A DNA stretch of 64,000 nt, from contig OY759599.1 of assembly GCA_963662465.1 (NCBI GenBank), positions 1,408,001 through 1,472,000 of the forward strand, written 5' to 3'. Source of the stretch: Desulfatiglandales bacterium. GTDB taxonomy: Bacteria; Desulfobacterota; DSM-4660; Desulfatiglandales; Desulfatiglandaceae. Shown one piece after another: positions 1 through 10,518 of this stretch. Both the position numbers and the translations under genes were made by a program. Below the pieces are notes generated by a model. That model was given only the letters and a program-made list of their open reading frames with translations. It made no database searches and had not been told where the DNA came from. How positions within the stretch are numbered: the stretch's first letter is position 1; every line of letters starts with the position of its first letter.

Positions 1-2
1 TT

Positions 3-611
3 GATGCACAAGCATTGCAAAACTGGATCGAAAACAGTGGTGAATCTGATTTCCTTGAATTCTGCGTATTTCTCGGTCTCAGTCCCAGCGAAACCCGGGG
101 ACTCCTCGACGACATTCGAAATTTGGACGGAACCCTGAAAAACGGCCGGTGGAAACCTGCACTTCTGGGTTTTGGAAAAATTGCCGCACCCGGATATGGT
201 CCCGCAAAGGGACTTCAAACCCTTTCACAATGGCGTGATTATGCCGGTGCAACAAGGCGTGCATTACTCCCCCAAGCCAAAGAGCGGGCAGCGGAAAATA
301 ACCGTGATGCGCTCTCCATCGACGACTGGTTTTCCTGGGCCGAACTCCCGGAGGCCAAAGGCTGGGAAATTCTCCCCGGCCCGGCGCTGACCGATGAGAG
401 CAGGTTTTCTGAATACCTGGAAGGATTTATGGCGGAGCACGATGCCAGAGAAAGAAACGACCGGGCGTCCTTTCAAAGACTCCTGACGGACTATATCGGG
501 GTTTCAGAAGACGGTCGGTTGCGTGAAAAAAAGGAGCGCAGCTGCCTCAGAGCGGTGATGCTGGGTTATCTCAAGACCAATGAAGTCATCAGGAGGACTG
601 GGAAGACGTGA
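3..611 (+). CDS. Hypothetical protein, 5'-partial; last codons come from the duplicated block starting at 590
   Basis: Frame is open from the window edge; no recognisable motif; sequence from 590 matches 20830 onward. Confidence 0.45.
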   Translation, partial: DAQALQNWIENSGESDFLEFCVFLGLSPSETRGLLDDIRNLDGTLKNGRWKPALLGFGKIAAPGYGPAKGLQTLSQWRDYAGATRRALLPQAKERAAENNRDALSIDDWFSWAELPEAKGWEILPGPALTDESRFSEYLEGFMAEHDARERNDRASFQRLLTDYIGVSEDGRLREKKERSCLRAVMLGYLKTNEVIRRTGKT

Positions 612-928
612 TGGGCGGCCCTGATGATCGCTATTTCGAGCAAATGGATGATGGGGGTGATCCGGGGTATGAACCGCCGGAATATGAAGATGATGGTTAC
701 TTGCCGCCCAAAGGAAATGACGGAGGAACTCAGGAGGACAGGCTCATGGTTTCGGGATATGTGGTGACCACGGCTTTAGACCGAAAAGGAACAGGAGATG
801 TGATGATTTTCAGAAAAACGCCGGTGGTGGAAGCACCGTTTGTTTTTGATGAGCTGCCCGATGTTGCGGTTGCGCCGGAAGCGGAAGAATTGAACGCACC
901 CGTTTCCGATGATGATATTCCCTTTTAG
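608..928 (+). pseudogene. 5'-truncated, internally deleted copy of the acidic DDDIPF-tail protein (20758-21405)
   Basis: Matches 20758-21405 but lacks the N-terminus and 79 internal codons. Confidence 0.85.
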
Positions 929-973
929 AGGATCGAGATCCATGACTGCGCTCCTGATCCTTTTGCTGCCGTC

Positions 974-2182
974 CTATTTTACCAGAATCAGAGTGCTGAG
1001 CCCGAAATCTGGAATTCCAGCATTCTCCATGGTCTTTAAAAGATTAATGTGAAAAGTGTTTGCAGATGGCCGCATATAGGCCGGGTTCATGCAAGTGCCC
1101 TCTTTTTTTCTGCAATCGGCCGGCAGGCAAAAAGGACAGGGAATAGGGTAATGAAAAGCGAAAGCTAAATGGTCAGTTTCCTCTATAAATTTTTCTATTT
1201 TCAACAACTGCCTGGTTAGCGTTTTTTCATCACGTTTTGTAGGTGGTTTGCTGGAAGTGGTAACGATGACCGCGCAGTTGAAATTGGAAATGAATTCTCT
1301 ACCCTGTCGGTTTCTGTCGGCAATAATGACTTTTGTAAGAGGAATACGACAGCAGAAAATATTTCCTTGAGGGGATAGGGCGGTGGTATCCTCCGGCAAG
1401 TTGATTATATTTTTTCCACGGTTTTGATTTTGAATGCTTGGTTTGGAGCTTTTTGGAATACCAATGAAGTCCATCCCGTAAAAGAGGGGGACGTGATATT
1501 CCTGAATCAATTGCAGTATCATGAGTTTATTTATTGCCATGCCGCCTACACAGACTTGCGTGCGAACGTTTTTGGCAGACAACAGGTCCAAAAGTTCTCG
1601 TAAATTCGCAATGCAGGTATTGAGCATACATGAGATGCCCAGAAAATTGGGTTGATATTTTTCAATCGCATCAAGCCAGGCCCGCGGTTTGATTTTGGAT
1701 CCGAGGTTGAAAATAGTATGCCCCTGAGTCTGCCAAAATTGTTTGAGAAGCGTGGCGCCTAGATCCTGGCCTGCCGGCGCCATCACTCCAGATACAATGG
1801 TCAGAGGTTTAACAGGCGTCTCCGGTGGTAAGAAGGAAAAGCAGTATGTTAAGGCTTTGGAAAAGGCATAAATATCAGAGACCATAACTCTTTTATGTTT
1901 AGAGCCACTTTTTGCTAATCGAAAGCCATTATGGGAGAGCATGTATTGAAATTTAATCTCATCAAGGCATTCCATTAACAGGATTGAAATATCCCGGACT
2001 GTATATTTTGTAAGAAGTGCTTTGGCGAGCGCTGAGATGTTTTGTTTTGTCTCTTTTTCATCTATAATGGGCAGGCTGTAGGATCGTTGCTTGAATTGAA
2101 GGATGTGGCCGTGAACATCTTTTTTGAAAGAGATGGCGGACCAGATGGAAGTTGTCATCTTAGAGATGTTTGGCTTGTTCAT
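974..2182 (-). CDS. Cobalamin-binding-like domain + C-terminal DUF2284-like Cys-rich domain protein (copy 1)
   Basis: B12-binding pattern (TIVSGVMAPAGQDLG...NLG...LGISC...VGG); C-terminal CPFC...C...C.NP...RPS; start at MNKPN chosen by comparison with copy 2. Confidence 0.7.
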   Translation of the reverse strand: MNKPNISKMTTSIWSAISFKKDVHGHILQFKQRSYSLPIIDEKETKQNISALAKALLTKYTVRDISILLMECLDEIKFQYMLSHNGFRLAKSGSKHKRVMVSDIYAFSKALTYCFSFLPPETPVKPLTIVSGVMAPAGQDLGATLLKQFWQTQGHTIFNLGSKIKPRAWLDAIEKYQPNFLGISCMLNTCIANLRELLDLLSAKNVRTQVCVGGMAINKLMILQLIQEYHVPLFYGMDFIGIPKSSKPSIQNQNRGKNIINLPEDTTALSPQGNIFCCRIPLTKVIIADRNRQGREFISNFNCAVIVTTSSKPPTKRDEKTLTRQLLKIEKFIEETDHLAFAFHYPIPCPFCLPADCRKKEGTCMNPAYMRPSANTFHINLLKTMENAGIPDFGLSTLILVK

Positions 2183-2340
2183 AGCTTTACGGCAAAAGCG
2201 GAAAATATGCTGATAGTCATTAATTTTAGAATTATAGTCAAGTCTGATGTTTGAGGCAATTCTAATTAAACGAAAGCAGGATAAGAAATAAGTCATTGAA
2301 AATTTTATAATGAGTGTGAAAGGGGTATTGGATAATTCCT

Positions 2341-2385
2341 GCTAATATCCACCTGTCCAAACCGCCTGCCTGGTTTGTGGCGTCA
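2341..2385 (+). other. Very degenerate attC-like site
   Basis: GCTAAT...CCAC...GTGG-CGTCA; preceded by a GTGAAAGGGG..GATAATTCC stretch that also precedes the attC at 16452. Confidence 0.25.
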
Positions 2386-2426
2386 CTGGAAAAACTTGAG
2401 AAAATGCGAAAAGACGAAAAAAACAC

Positions 2427-3005
2427 ATGACGAACTACTACGAAGAAAACTACCGCCGGTACCACCGGCAGACCTTCTCCATTGACCCCTCGTCTTTTTT
2501 GTCCCCTCTGGCGGAGGTGTTATGTTCAGGCAGTAAAATCCTCGATGTGGGCTGTGGGTCTGGGCGTGACATGTGCTGGTTCAAAGATCGGGGATTCCGA
2601 CCCACGGGGTTTGAGTTTTCCCACAGACTTGCGGTTTTGGCAAGAAAATACTCCGGATGTCCCGTTGTGGAAGGGGATTTCGAGACGTATGATTTTTCAG
2701 ATATGCAGGTGGACGCACTACTGCTGGTGGGGGCCTTGGTCCATGTGTCCCACGATCGGTTTTTGAGCGCGATTTTAAATGTTTTGCGGGCTCTCAGGCC
2801 CGGCGGGCATCTGCTGTTGACCCTGAAGGAAGGCGTTACTCAAAACGAACAGGTGGAAAATCGAATTTTCTATTTGTGGCGGGATGAAGATTTAAGAGAC
2901 ATATTTGATGGCCTGGATCTGGCGGTGAAGGATTTTTCGCGACAGGTATCCAAAATCCGGGAAACGGATGTGTGGCTGGGGTATGTATTACAGAGAACAG
3001 CGTAA
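2427..3005 (+). CDS. Class I SAM-dependent methyltransferase
   Basis: ILDVGCGSGRD motif I; ALRPGG motif. Confidence 0.9.
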   Translation: MTNYYEENYRRYHRQTFSIDPSSFLSPLAEVLCSGSKILDVGCGSGRDMCWFKDRGFRPTGFEFSHRLAVLARKYSGCPVVEGDFETYDFSDMQVDALLLVGALVHVSHDRFLSAILNVLRALRPGGHLLLTLKEGVTQNEQVENRIFYLWRDEDLRDIFDGLDLAVKDFSRQVSKIRETDVWLGYVLQRTA

Positions 3006-3081
3006 AGGCCGGAATCAAAAAGAACCGGGCTGTCTACCTTTGGGGATTGGACATAGCGGAACGGGGGGCGGAGCCATGGGA

Positions 3082-3098
3082 TGCGTTCCCACGCAGAG
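3082..3098. repeat. Half REP-like palindrome (GTTCCCACGCAGAG family)
   Basis: Matches copies at 39045 and 53712. Confidence 0.6.
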
Positions 3099-3530
3099 TG
3101 TTCTGATCCGAGGAAAGTGCGGGCACTGCCCGCACAATTTAAAATGATTCTGGAATTTTGAATGCACCTATATCTGAAAAGACTGTGGTGGGAAGAGACG
3201 TGTTATTTGTCATCAATGCTCAAGCACAGGGCGGGTGGAATGTAATACATGTCATGGTACTGGTCTTAGAACGTGAGGAACGGATCAAGGATGAGGAATA
3301 CGATGAATGGTATGGCCAGGTTCCAGGATACACATGGCGATGCCGCAGTAGGTCCACATAAACCAGGCCGGCAAATTGAATGCCGACGTACATCTGCTAC
3401 AAATGGAAATTGAGGTTATCCAAAACGTGTTGAATAAAAAGTGGAAATAGGAAAAAGATGCGTTAAAAGTCGTTTCTGCAATGGAGTACGAAAGGGCTGA
3501 TTAGCGGCAGCTAACAGAAATAACAAAGGA

Positions 3531-3590
3531 GTCACAACCAGGCTCTTGCAGCAGACCGCTACTCGCGACGGTTGAAGAGCATGTCATGGC
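3531..3590 (+). other. Degenerate integron attC-like site
   Basis: GTCACAAC...GCTCTT-G-CAGC...GTTG-AAGAGC...GTCATGGC: R''/L''/L'/R' layout with extrahelical G; R' GTT appears mutated to GTC. Confidence 0.6.
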
Positions 3591-3600
3591 ACTGTGAAAT

Positions 3601-3852
3601 ATGGAGTCTAAAATGGAAGAAATACAACTTGTAGATTTAAAAAAGAATTTAAACAGCATTATAAATTCTGTGTGTCGCTTGGATAAATCAGTACTTATAA
3701 CTGATAAAGAAAAGCTTCTGGTAAAAATTATTCCGGTCTCTTCTCACGATAAAAATTCTTGGTTAGGATGTATGAGCAGCAGAGGAAAGATTGTCGGTGA
3801 TGTTGTATCTCCGGCTGAAGATTCCGATGTTTGGGAGGTTTTGTCAGAATGA
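3601..3852 (+). CDS. Phd/YefM-family antitoxin
   Basis: Short ORF with Phd-like N-terminus and G.M...GKIVGD.VSP tail, overlapping a PIN toxin (ATGA). Confidence 0.8.
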   Translation: MESKMEEIQLVDLKKNLNSIINSVCRLDKSVLITDKEKLLVKIIPVSSHDKNSWLGCMSSRGKIVGDVVSPAEDSDVWEVLSE

Positions 3853-4235
3853 AATTACTGCTGGATACTCACATATGGCTATGGAGTTTGCTTGAACCGG
3901 ACAGGCTTGGAAAAGATATGACCGAGGCTCTTGAAAACAAGGAAAACGAACTTTTCATTTCTCCAATTACGATATGGGAAACCATGATTCTTGCTGAAAA
4001 AGGAAGAATCGTACTTGATTTGTCTCCGAAGGATTGGATAAAGGAAGCACTTGAACAAAGTCCGGTGAAAGAAGCAAAATTGTCACATGAGATTGCTGTT
4101 AGAAGCAGACTGATTGAGCTTCCACATAAAGATCCTGCTGACCGCTTTATAGCAGCAACTGCATGGGAATACGATTTGAGACTGATGACAGTGGATGAAA
4201 AGATAAAAAAGGCTGAACAGATAATGATTTTTTAA
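3849..4235 (+). CDS. vapC: VapC-family PIN toxin
   Basis: MKLLLDTHIWLW, SPITIWE, HKDPADRFIAATA, MTVD motifs. Confidence 0.92.
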   Translation: MKLLLDTHIWLWSLLEPDRLGKDMTEALENKENELFISPITIWETMILAEKGRIVLDLSPKDWIKEALEQSPVKEAKLSHEIAVRSRLIELPHKDPADRFIAATAWEYDLRLMTVDEKIKKAEQIMIF

Positions 4236-4243
4236 ATTAAAAC

Positions 4244-6205
4244 GTATCCTATTCAACCCCCCCCACACAGGATTCGAAAAATTAGGATGCAACCTTGAAG
4301 TGAAGTAACAAACAGCGGCATAATCCTACAGCATCATACGGCCGAGAGCAATATGATTGCTGCGAAGGATGGGGTGTGAAATTCTTGTTTTAATGATTTG
4401 GTGAAGGGAACAGTTACCCGGGCTGTAGCTTCGCTCTTTCAATAATCAGATCAGATAGCGCCGGCATACTGAACTTTTTGGAAACCCTGTCGCTAATGTA
4501 TTCGAAAGCGTTGACCCCCAATTTCTTGGCGGTTTGGACAATGGTGAGAAAGGCATCTTTCGCTGTTGTTCCTGCCTCGGATATCGTATGTAGGCTGACA
4601 TCCTGCCTACGTTTTTCAACTCTTGCCCCCAACTCTGAATCATTGTTATGCAGTGGCAACCCGGGGTATTTCAAGACCAACAAGAGTTCGTCTTTTTTGT
4701 TCCTGGTTTTTTCTATACGATCGTTTAGAGCGTCATAAATCGTTTTGGTGGAGAATAGCTCGTCGAATTCGATGGATAACTTTGCCGCTGTTTCAGGACT
4801 TGGATTCTGTTTGTATTTCAGAAGATCACCATAGAAATCCCAGAAACATGTCTTGAAATCCTTGAGAGCATCAACACTGCATGGTACGACCGGATCCAAA
4901 CGATTGTAGTGACGACCCTCATGAATCCAGCAAAGGGCCAGCTCCTCAACAATCTTCTTAAATTGAGGCGCATCATCGGCTAGCAAAATGTCTACAATCG
5001 GAACATCTGTTTGGCGATGATAGGAGGCTATGGCAGCGGCTTCCATGATTCTGGCCTTTGTGTTTTTTCCTTTTCCTTTTTTAAAGACCTTTTGCAGCAA
5101 CAGTTGCATTTCCGCTTCACATTCCTTGTCTTCGGTCAAATCCCGAAGCTGATCGGTCACTTTCTTTGAAACCTTGAAATCCACCATTAAACAAAATGCC
5201 TTCTGATCAAAACGGTATGTTCTTTCCCTGCCACACAGCAACAAATCAAGTATCGTGAGACGATCTTTGCGCGGGACGGTGAAAAAGGCTGTATAATATG
5301 GATTACAGAAAATCTGTGAATAGTAGTTTTTGCCGTTAACCCTTACCGTGGTATCGTCGATTTGGTGATAAGGCGTATGTTCCAGTGCAGCGAGGAAGAT
5401 GTCTTTTTTCTCCTGGTTGAACCCGGTTTCATCATTGGTAAGGATTCGCGAAATAGTCGATTGTGAAATGTCTATGCCACAGTTTTCAAGCAACTCCCGA
5501 ATTTTTGGCTGAGACATGTTTGCTACATATTTCAGCGTACAAACCAGTGATCGTATCCCGGGACCGAACTCACCAACTATTCCGGTGGGTAATTCTCCTA
5601 CGTAAACGCGGTTCTCGGAAGGTGAATAAAAGATCTCTTTTCTATATTCGACGTTGTCTGTTGTGATCAGGATTTCCTGCACAAGGATAGGTTCATAGCC
5701 TCTATATTCGGCATCAGCGGGCAATATGGAGGGATCGACTTTACATATTTCGGTTCGATCGATTGGGATGTTTTTCTTCTTGCTTTTCGGCTTTTCCTCT
5801 TTTCCTTCTCGTTGCTTTCTGTCCTTTTCCGAGGAAATGTTTTTGCCTTTGCCGCTTCCTTTTTTGCCGGGAATTTTCGGCTTGCCCTGTTCTCCTTTCA
5901 GTCTGTTGTTTTCATCGCGAAGTTTTTGGATTTCAATCTTTAACTTTTCGTTTTCTTCGCTCAATCTTTCGACAAGATTTATCAAAATGGGAAGAGCTTC
6001 GGAGTGTGGTTCCTGGAGGGAACTGCCTACTCGAAAATCAATATTATGAAGTATTTCCTTTATCTCTTGGCGGCTCATATTTTGAGCATAGCATTATCCT
6101 TATCGGTTTGTCCTTTAAAAAATGCATCTTTTTCATTTTTTTTCCCCTACCTTTCTAAACCTTCTCGCACTGAATCCACGGGAGGGGGGGGCTTGAATAG
6201 GATAC
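4244..6205 (-). mobile_element. IS66-family (single-ORF type) insertion sequence
   Basis: TIRs GTATCCTATTCAACCCCCCCC (4244) / GGGGGGGGCTTGAATAGGATAC (to 6205) around one transposase; no target duplication visible. Confidence 0.85.
4414..6078 (-). CDS. IS66-family DDE transposase
   Basis: N-terminal coiled coil, IDDT, LADDA, LCWIH..R, PLHNNDSE motifs. Confidence 0.88.
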   Translation of the reverse strand: MSRQEIKEILHNIDFRVGSSLQEPHSEALPILINLVERLSEENEKLKIEIQKLRDENNRLKGEQGKPKIPGKKGSGKGKNISSEKDRKQREGKEEKPKSKKKNIPIDRTEICKVDPSILPADAEYRGYEPILVQEILITTDNVEYRKEIFYSPSENRVYVGELPTGIVGEFGPGIRSLVCTLKYVANMSQPKIRELLENCGIDISQSTISRILTNDETGFNQEKKDIFLAALEHTPYHQIDDTTVRVNGKNYYSQIFCNPYYTAFFTVPRKDRLTILDLLLCGRERTYRFDQKAFCLMVDFKVSKKVTDQLRDLTEDKECEAEMQLLLQKVFKKGKGKNTKARIMEAAAIASYHRQTDVPIVDILLADDAPQFKKIVEELALCWIHEGRHYNRLDPVVPCSVDALKDFKTCFWDFYGDLLKYKQNPSPETAAKLSIEFDELFSTKTIYDALNDRIEKTRNKKDELLLVLKYPGLPLHNNDSELGARVEKRRQDVSLHTISEAGTTAKDAFLTIVQTAKKLGVNAFEYISDRVSKKFSMPALSDLIIERAKLQPG

Positions 6206-6510
6206 TGAAAAATGATGTTGTTAAGCGGTAAATAATATACAGCTCCATCCTTTGACTATATTATTACGCCTCATAAAAGTGAATAGGGAGGCGTTATGGA
6301 GCAATTTGAAACACGGTTCAAACGAGTTGATGTATTCCCAATGGTCAAACATTTTATTAGGGTGGTTTTTTGGATTAACTAATTGATTAAATTTAGTTTT
6401 TCCTGGTCCGACCCCAGACCAACCAACAGATTATTTCGTATTGACAAAGGCACCATTGTGACGTACATTTATGCCGCGTGTTGATAAAAAAAACTCAGGG
6501 AAACTTTACC

Positions 6511-6797
6511 ATGGATGCAGCAACTCAAAATAGAAACGAGCGGATCAACCTCCGTGTGAAAAGCAGCGCAAAGCGCCTCTTAACGCGTGCAGCCGATTTT
6601 GAGGCAAGACCGTCAGTCATTTTATACTGACCAGTGCCTTGAAGTGTGCAGAGGAAACCGTCCAAGAGCATCAGATGATGACGTTGAATACAGAAAATTC
6701 AAGGGCCTTTTTCGATGCGCTGGCCGCTCCGGTGCGTTTTAATCGCAAATTGATCACAGCTCTTGAAGAATATGATAAGCGCGTCATCAGCAAATGA
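6511..6797 (+). pseudogene. DUF1778 (TacA-like) antitoxin, frameshifted near 6603
   Basis: MDAATQNRNERINLRV...RAADFE then shifted frame KTVSHFILTSAL...FFDALAAP; overlaps the GNAT start. Confidence 0.8.
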
Positions 6798-7336
6798 CGA
6801 ATTTCCGGAATCTGGTCATAGCACCGCTGAACGCCGCTCATGACAGAGTCGATTTCCGCTGTAATGTAGAAGCATTGGATCAGTATATTCATAAGCAGGC
6901 AGGGCAGGATATCAGACGCCGCATCAGTCGTATTTTTGTTGCAGCGCTGCCGGACAACCCCAAAGAGGTAATGGGTTATTACAGCCTGAGCACATTATCC
7001 ATTGAACTGAGGCAATTGCCGGAAAAGCTGGCCAGGAAGTTGCCGAAGCATCCAGTTCCCGCTGCTCTGATTGGCAGACTGGCAGTCAGTAAAAATGCCC
7101 AGGGATTTGGCATCGGCAAAATGCTGCTGGTAGATGCTATTCAGCGAACCCTGTCGGTCAGTGACCAGATCGCCATCTATGCCATTGTTGTTGATGCCAT
7201 TAACGACAACGCCAAAGGCTTTTATGAGCAATTCGGGTTTGCCCGCTTAAGCGATGACAGTCCAAGACTGTTTCTGCCTTTAAAATCTTTTGTAAACAAC
7301 CCAGTACCCATTAACCCAATACCCAGTGCCTATTAA
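6794..7336 (+). CDS. GNAT acetyltransferase toxin (TacT/AtaT-like)
   Basis: HDRVDFRC, GYYSL, PVPAALIGRLAV, QGFGIG, VDAIND.A..FY..FGF. Confidence 0.92.
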   Translation: MTNFRNLVIAPLNAAHDRVDFRCNVEALDQYIHKQAGQDIRRRISRIFVAALPDNPKEVMGYYSLSTLSIELRQLPEKLARKLPKHPVPAALIGRLAVSKNAQGFGIGKMLLVDAIQRTLSVSDQIAIYAIVVDAINDNAKGFYEQFGFARLSDDSPRLFLPLKSFVNNPVPINPIPSAY

Positions 7337-7698
7337 CACGTCCTTCAGATCACACCGATTGCCCAGAATTCAGCATCCAGCATTCAGAAAAAGCTATTTA
7401 TTTTTTTATGGATGTCCCCTATTGCGTTGTAAATGGGGCTACGGCCACAAGCCGGGACAAAATGTTTGAACACGATTTAAAAGATTATAATGATGGACAG
7501 GATTACCATTGGCCGATAAAATGCAAACAAAATGGTGTAAAGGGGGGAAGGAACTTGTTTGGACGCTGTCTTTTAATCCTGTCCATCTAAGAAATCCTGT
7601 TCATCGTGTTCAAAACAATGAGGATGCCCACAGTGACTGATAACCCTAAAATCAAGGTTCAAACGAATGAGAAACTGTCCCGCCTTACGTCGGTAGCC

Positions 7699-7839
7699 GA
7701 TTATAAGTTAATACATCATTCATTGCATGATATTGAGCAGACATACCACGCAAAACTCGTATGGAGTAGCACAGAAGGCTGCCAATTGTAGGGAAAGAAC
7801 CGAAGGCCTTTTGGAAATTTATAATCTGACGAACGTCCC
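7699..7839 (+). mobile_element. Mini-derivative of the TIR-bounded Y1 transposase element (left end eroded)
   Basis: Near-identical to 23275-23416; right IR AAATTTATAATCTGACGAACGTCCC. Confidence 0.8.
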
Positions 7840-7982
7840 TGCCCCCCCTGCAAAGTTATTGAGATTGTCCGGTTTTAGCGTACTTGAATCTGGGTAAAAG
7901 GAAAGCGAGAGGAAATCCCTGAAAGGTTACCATGGATGCGATAAAATCAGAATTTCAGTTTGTCAAAGTGACCGGTGGTATT

Positions 7983-8205
7983 AATCCTCAGCGAACTGAT
8001 TGAGAAAAAAATCCGATTCCCCAACGCTGAGGACATGGTCAGTTCAATTGACATCATCACCGACTATTACGATGTGTCGGATGAACTGCTTCATGAAAAT
8101 TCCGAATTCAAATCGTACCTGAAAGAACTAAGTACGGTAAAGGGTGATTTCAGGGAAGAAAGAATCCGAAAATTCTCCTCAGCCTTTGAACAGGCCGGGG
8201 TTTAG
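7983..8205 (+). pseudogene. C-terminal fragment of unknown protein (copy 1 of 3)
   Basis: ILSELIEKK...IDIITDYYDVSDELL...AFEQAGV; homologous to 10266-10437 and 15014-15170. Confidence 0.75.
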
Positions 8206-8363
8206 TTTGGGCAATGGAGACATTATGTTGAGAGGAAAAATGTCGAGAATCGGAATGAATAATCCGGTAAATGAAGTCTGAAAAGGACGGTCGCGATGAT
8301 AACAGACGCCTATAGGTTATTAAACACCCTGAATCAGCTTCTGTCCCTGCCGAGAGAAAGCGC

Positions 8364-9442
8364 ATGGTATGGGGCGTGGACAACAGGACCCATTCCGTTT
8401 TGGGAACAACCTTCGCCCCCTTTGCGACAAAGGGGGCGGGCAGGCAACCGCTCATCATGTGGCTTACGCAATTGATCTCCCCCAGACCGGATTTTCAGTT
8501 TCATGAAGTCGCGCATCCGGGTGGCCGGGTGGTGATGCTTGAAATTCATCCACCGCGTAGTGTGCCACTGGCTTTCAAGGGCGTTCGCTATATCCGTATC
8601 GACAGCCATAAATCAAGGCTTTCCGAACACCCTGCCAGAGAGGCCCGGTTATGGAAAGCGCTTGGGGGTGCCGAAGACTGGTCCGGGCATATCGTACCCG
8701 AGGCTACGCTGAACGATTTGGACCCGGAGGCCATCGCGTTTGCCAGGGTGAAATTTGGTGAATATCTTGTCAAGAGTGAGACCGATAGCGGCCGCCACGA
8801 AAAAATCCTGGCCGATGTTCACGCATGGGACCCATTGACACTCCTGAACAAAGCCCGCATCACGAAACAGGGCCATATAACCCATGCCGCGCTGTTGCTG
8901 CTTGGCCGTGATGAAGCCGCACATTTTCTGGCCCCTGCTGATGTCAAAATCAGTTGGATTCTTCATGATGGAACAAACCGGCCCATCGGTGGACAACATT
9001 TCAGCCTGCCACTGCTCTTGGCCCCCAATGCGCTTTTCAAACGGATCAGAAACATAACGCTCGAATATATGCCGGACGGCACTCTGTTTCCAACCCCGGC
9101 CGTTCGCCCAACTATTATATCTCGTCGCGGGTTGCGGAATGGACCGGCCAAAAGGCCCGTTACATTCGTAACCGGGCTCTGGATGATGACTATTACCGGC
9201 AACTGGTTCTTGAATATCTACAGAAATACGAACGGGCCAGTCGCAGGGAATTGGATGCGCTGTTGCTGCCAAAGCTCTCCGAAGTGCTCACCCCTATGCA
9301 AAAACAGCATAAAACAAAGAACATCATCCAGTCTCTCCGTCGAAATGGAATTATTTGCAATACAGGCTCAAATAAATTGCCTTCCTGGACTCTGGTTGAG
9401 GGGACATTTATTTCTAAAAGCTCGGTGAGAAATAAAGATTAG
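8364..9442 (+). pseudogene. AlbA_2/ATP-binding transcriptional regulator, truncated with internal deletion
   Basis: Starts mid AlbA domain (VWGVDN...YIRIDS), jumps near 9100 to a C-terminal HTH part in another frame. Confidence 0.7.
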
Positions 9443-9634
9443 TAAAAGTTATTATCCATTGAAAAGGCATAAATATCCGGTTTTATAGATTATTTTATTT
9501 CTACGGGTATTTCTGCTATCCACAAAAAAACTGGGTTGAGGGGATGGTTGACTCAATTGTAAAGGGGGACAACCGTTAATAATTAATGACCCCAGGTCTC
9601 TCATCTCGAAATCAAGAATAGGAGTTGTAAGAGT

Positions 9635-10264
9635 GTGGCCAAAAACAATATCGTATCTTTTTCCGACTTCGTGAAGAAAAAACGGAGTGAGCTTACCATT
9701 GATGCGCAATTCTTAAATGCACTTAGCGCTGACATTAAATCAAAACCAGAGCTGATAGAGTGGTATAACTTTCAAAATCTTTTTAACAAACATAAATTGT
9801 TCTTGAACGTATTATATACGTCGAACCATCGTGACAAAAAAGCAAATCCGAATGCTGGATATTGCGTTTCATTTTCAGAAGAGCATTTTAATGAGCATCT
9901 TGCCAAAATATCAGAAGCCAATGAATGGTTAGAACGCAAAACCCTTTTAGTTGACGCTAAAAATTGTACGTTTAAGAAAATAGCAAGCCAGCTGTACGGT
10001 ATTGCGCCTAGAAGCGAAAAAGAAGCGTGGGACATGTTCTATGAAATACTATTAAAATCACGTAATGTTGTTGTGGTCTCAGGCATTTCTAAATCGAAAA
10101 TACCATCGAAGAAGTCAGATTACGCAAGATCAATCGTCAAAATTAATGATGATGCTCATTTAAGGAATATTTTCCCTGCATCTGATATCGTATTCGTTGA
10201 TTCAGCAGCATTCTTGGAACGTTCTTGGAAACAGCTTGGTACTTATATCAACATATTGACGTAA
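9635..10264 (+). CDS. Hypothetical protein (AT-rich)
   Basis: 209-aa ORF with upstream AGGAG; no recognised motif. Confidence 0.6.
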   Translation: MAKNNIVSFSDFVKKKRSELTIDAQFLNALSADIKSKPELIEWYNFQNLFNKHKLFLNVLYTSNHRDKKANPNAGYCVSFSEEHFNEHLAKISEANEWLERKTLLVDAKNCTFKKIASQLYGIAPRSEKEAWDMFYEILLKSRNVVVVSGISKSKIPSKKSDYARSIVKINDDAHLRNIFPASDIVFVDSAAFLERSWKQLGTYINILT

Positions 10265-10265
10265 C

Positions 10266-10437
10266 CATGGTCAGTTCAATTGACATCATCACCGACTATT
10301 ACGATGTGTCGGATGAACTGCTTCATGAAAATCCCGAATTCAAATCATACCTGAAAGAACTGAGTACGGCAAAAAGTGATTTTAGCGAAAAAACAATAAG
10401 GAAGTTATCTGATGCCTTTGAAAAAGCCGGTATTTAG
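10266..10437 (+). pseudogene. C-terminal fragment of unknown protein (copy 2 of 3)
   Basis: Near-identical to 8034-8205. Confidence 0.75.
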
Positions 10438-10518
10438 CAGCACCCCTGTATCATCAGGCCAATGCAGGGAACTACCATTTCGAGTACACGAAGGGTAAGC
10501 CGCAGTGAGGAGTATTGT

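Larger units (their letters stand above)
590..2278. repeat. Diverged copy of block 20830-22758 with a 237-bp internal deletion
   Basis: Near-identical to 20830-22758; deletion joins GAGGACA (20974-20980) to GAGGACA (21211-21217). Confidence 0.95.

Noticed and set aside
4244..6205. Target-site duplication for the IS66-type element
   Set aside because: Flanks (ATTAAAAC vs TGAAAAAT) do not match.
6296..6360. Possible start of another transposase (MEQFETRFKRVDVFPMVKHF) with GGAGG RBS
   Set aside because: Too short to assign a family by eye.
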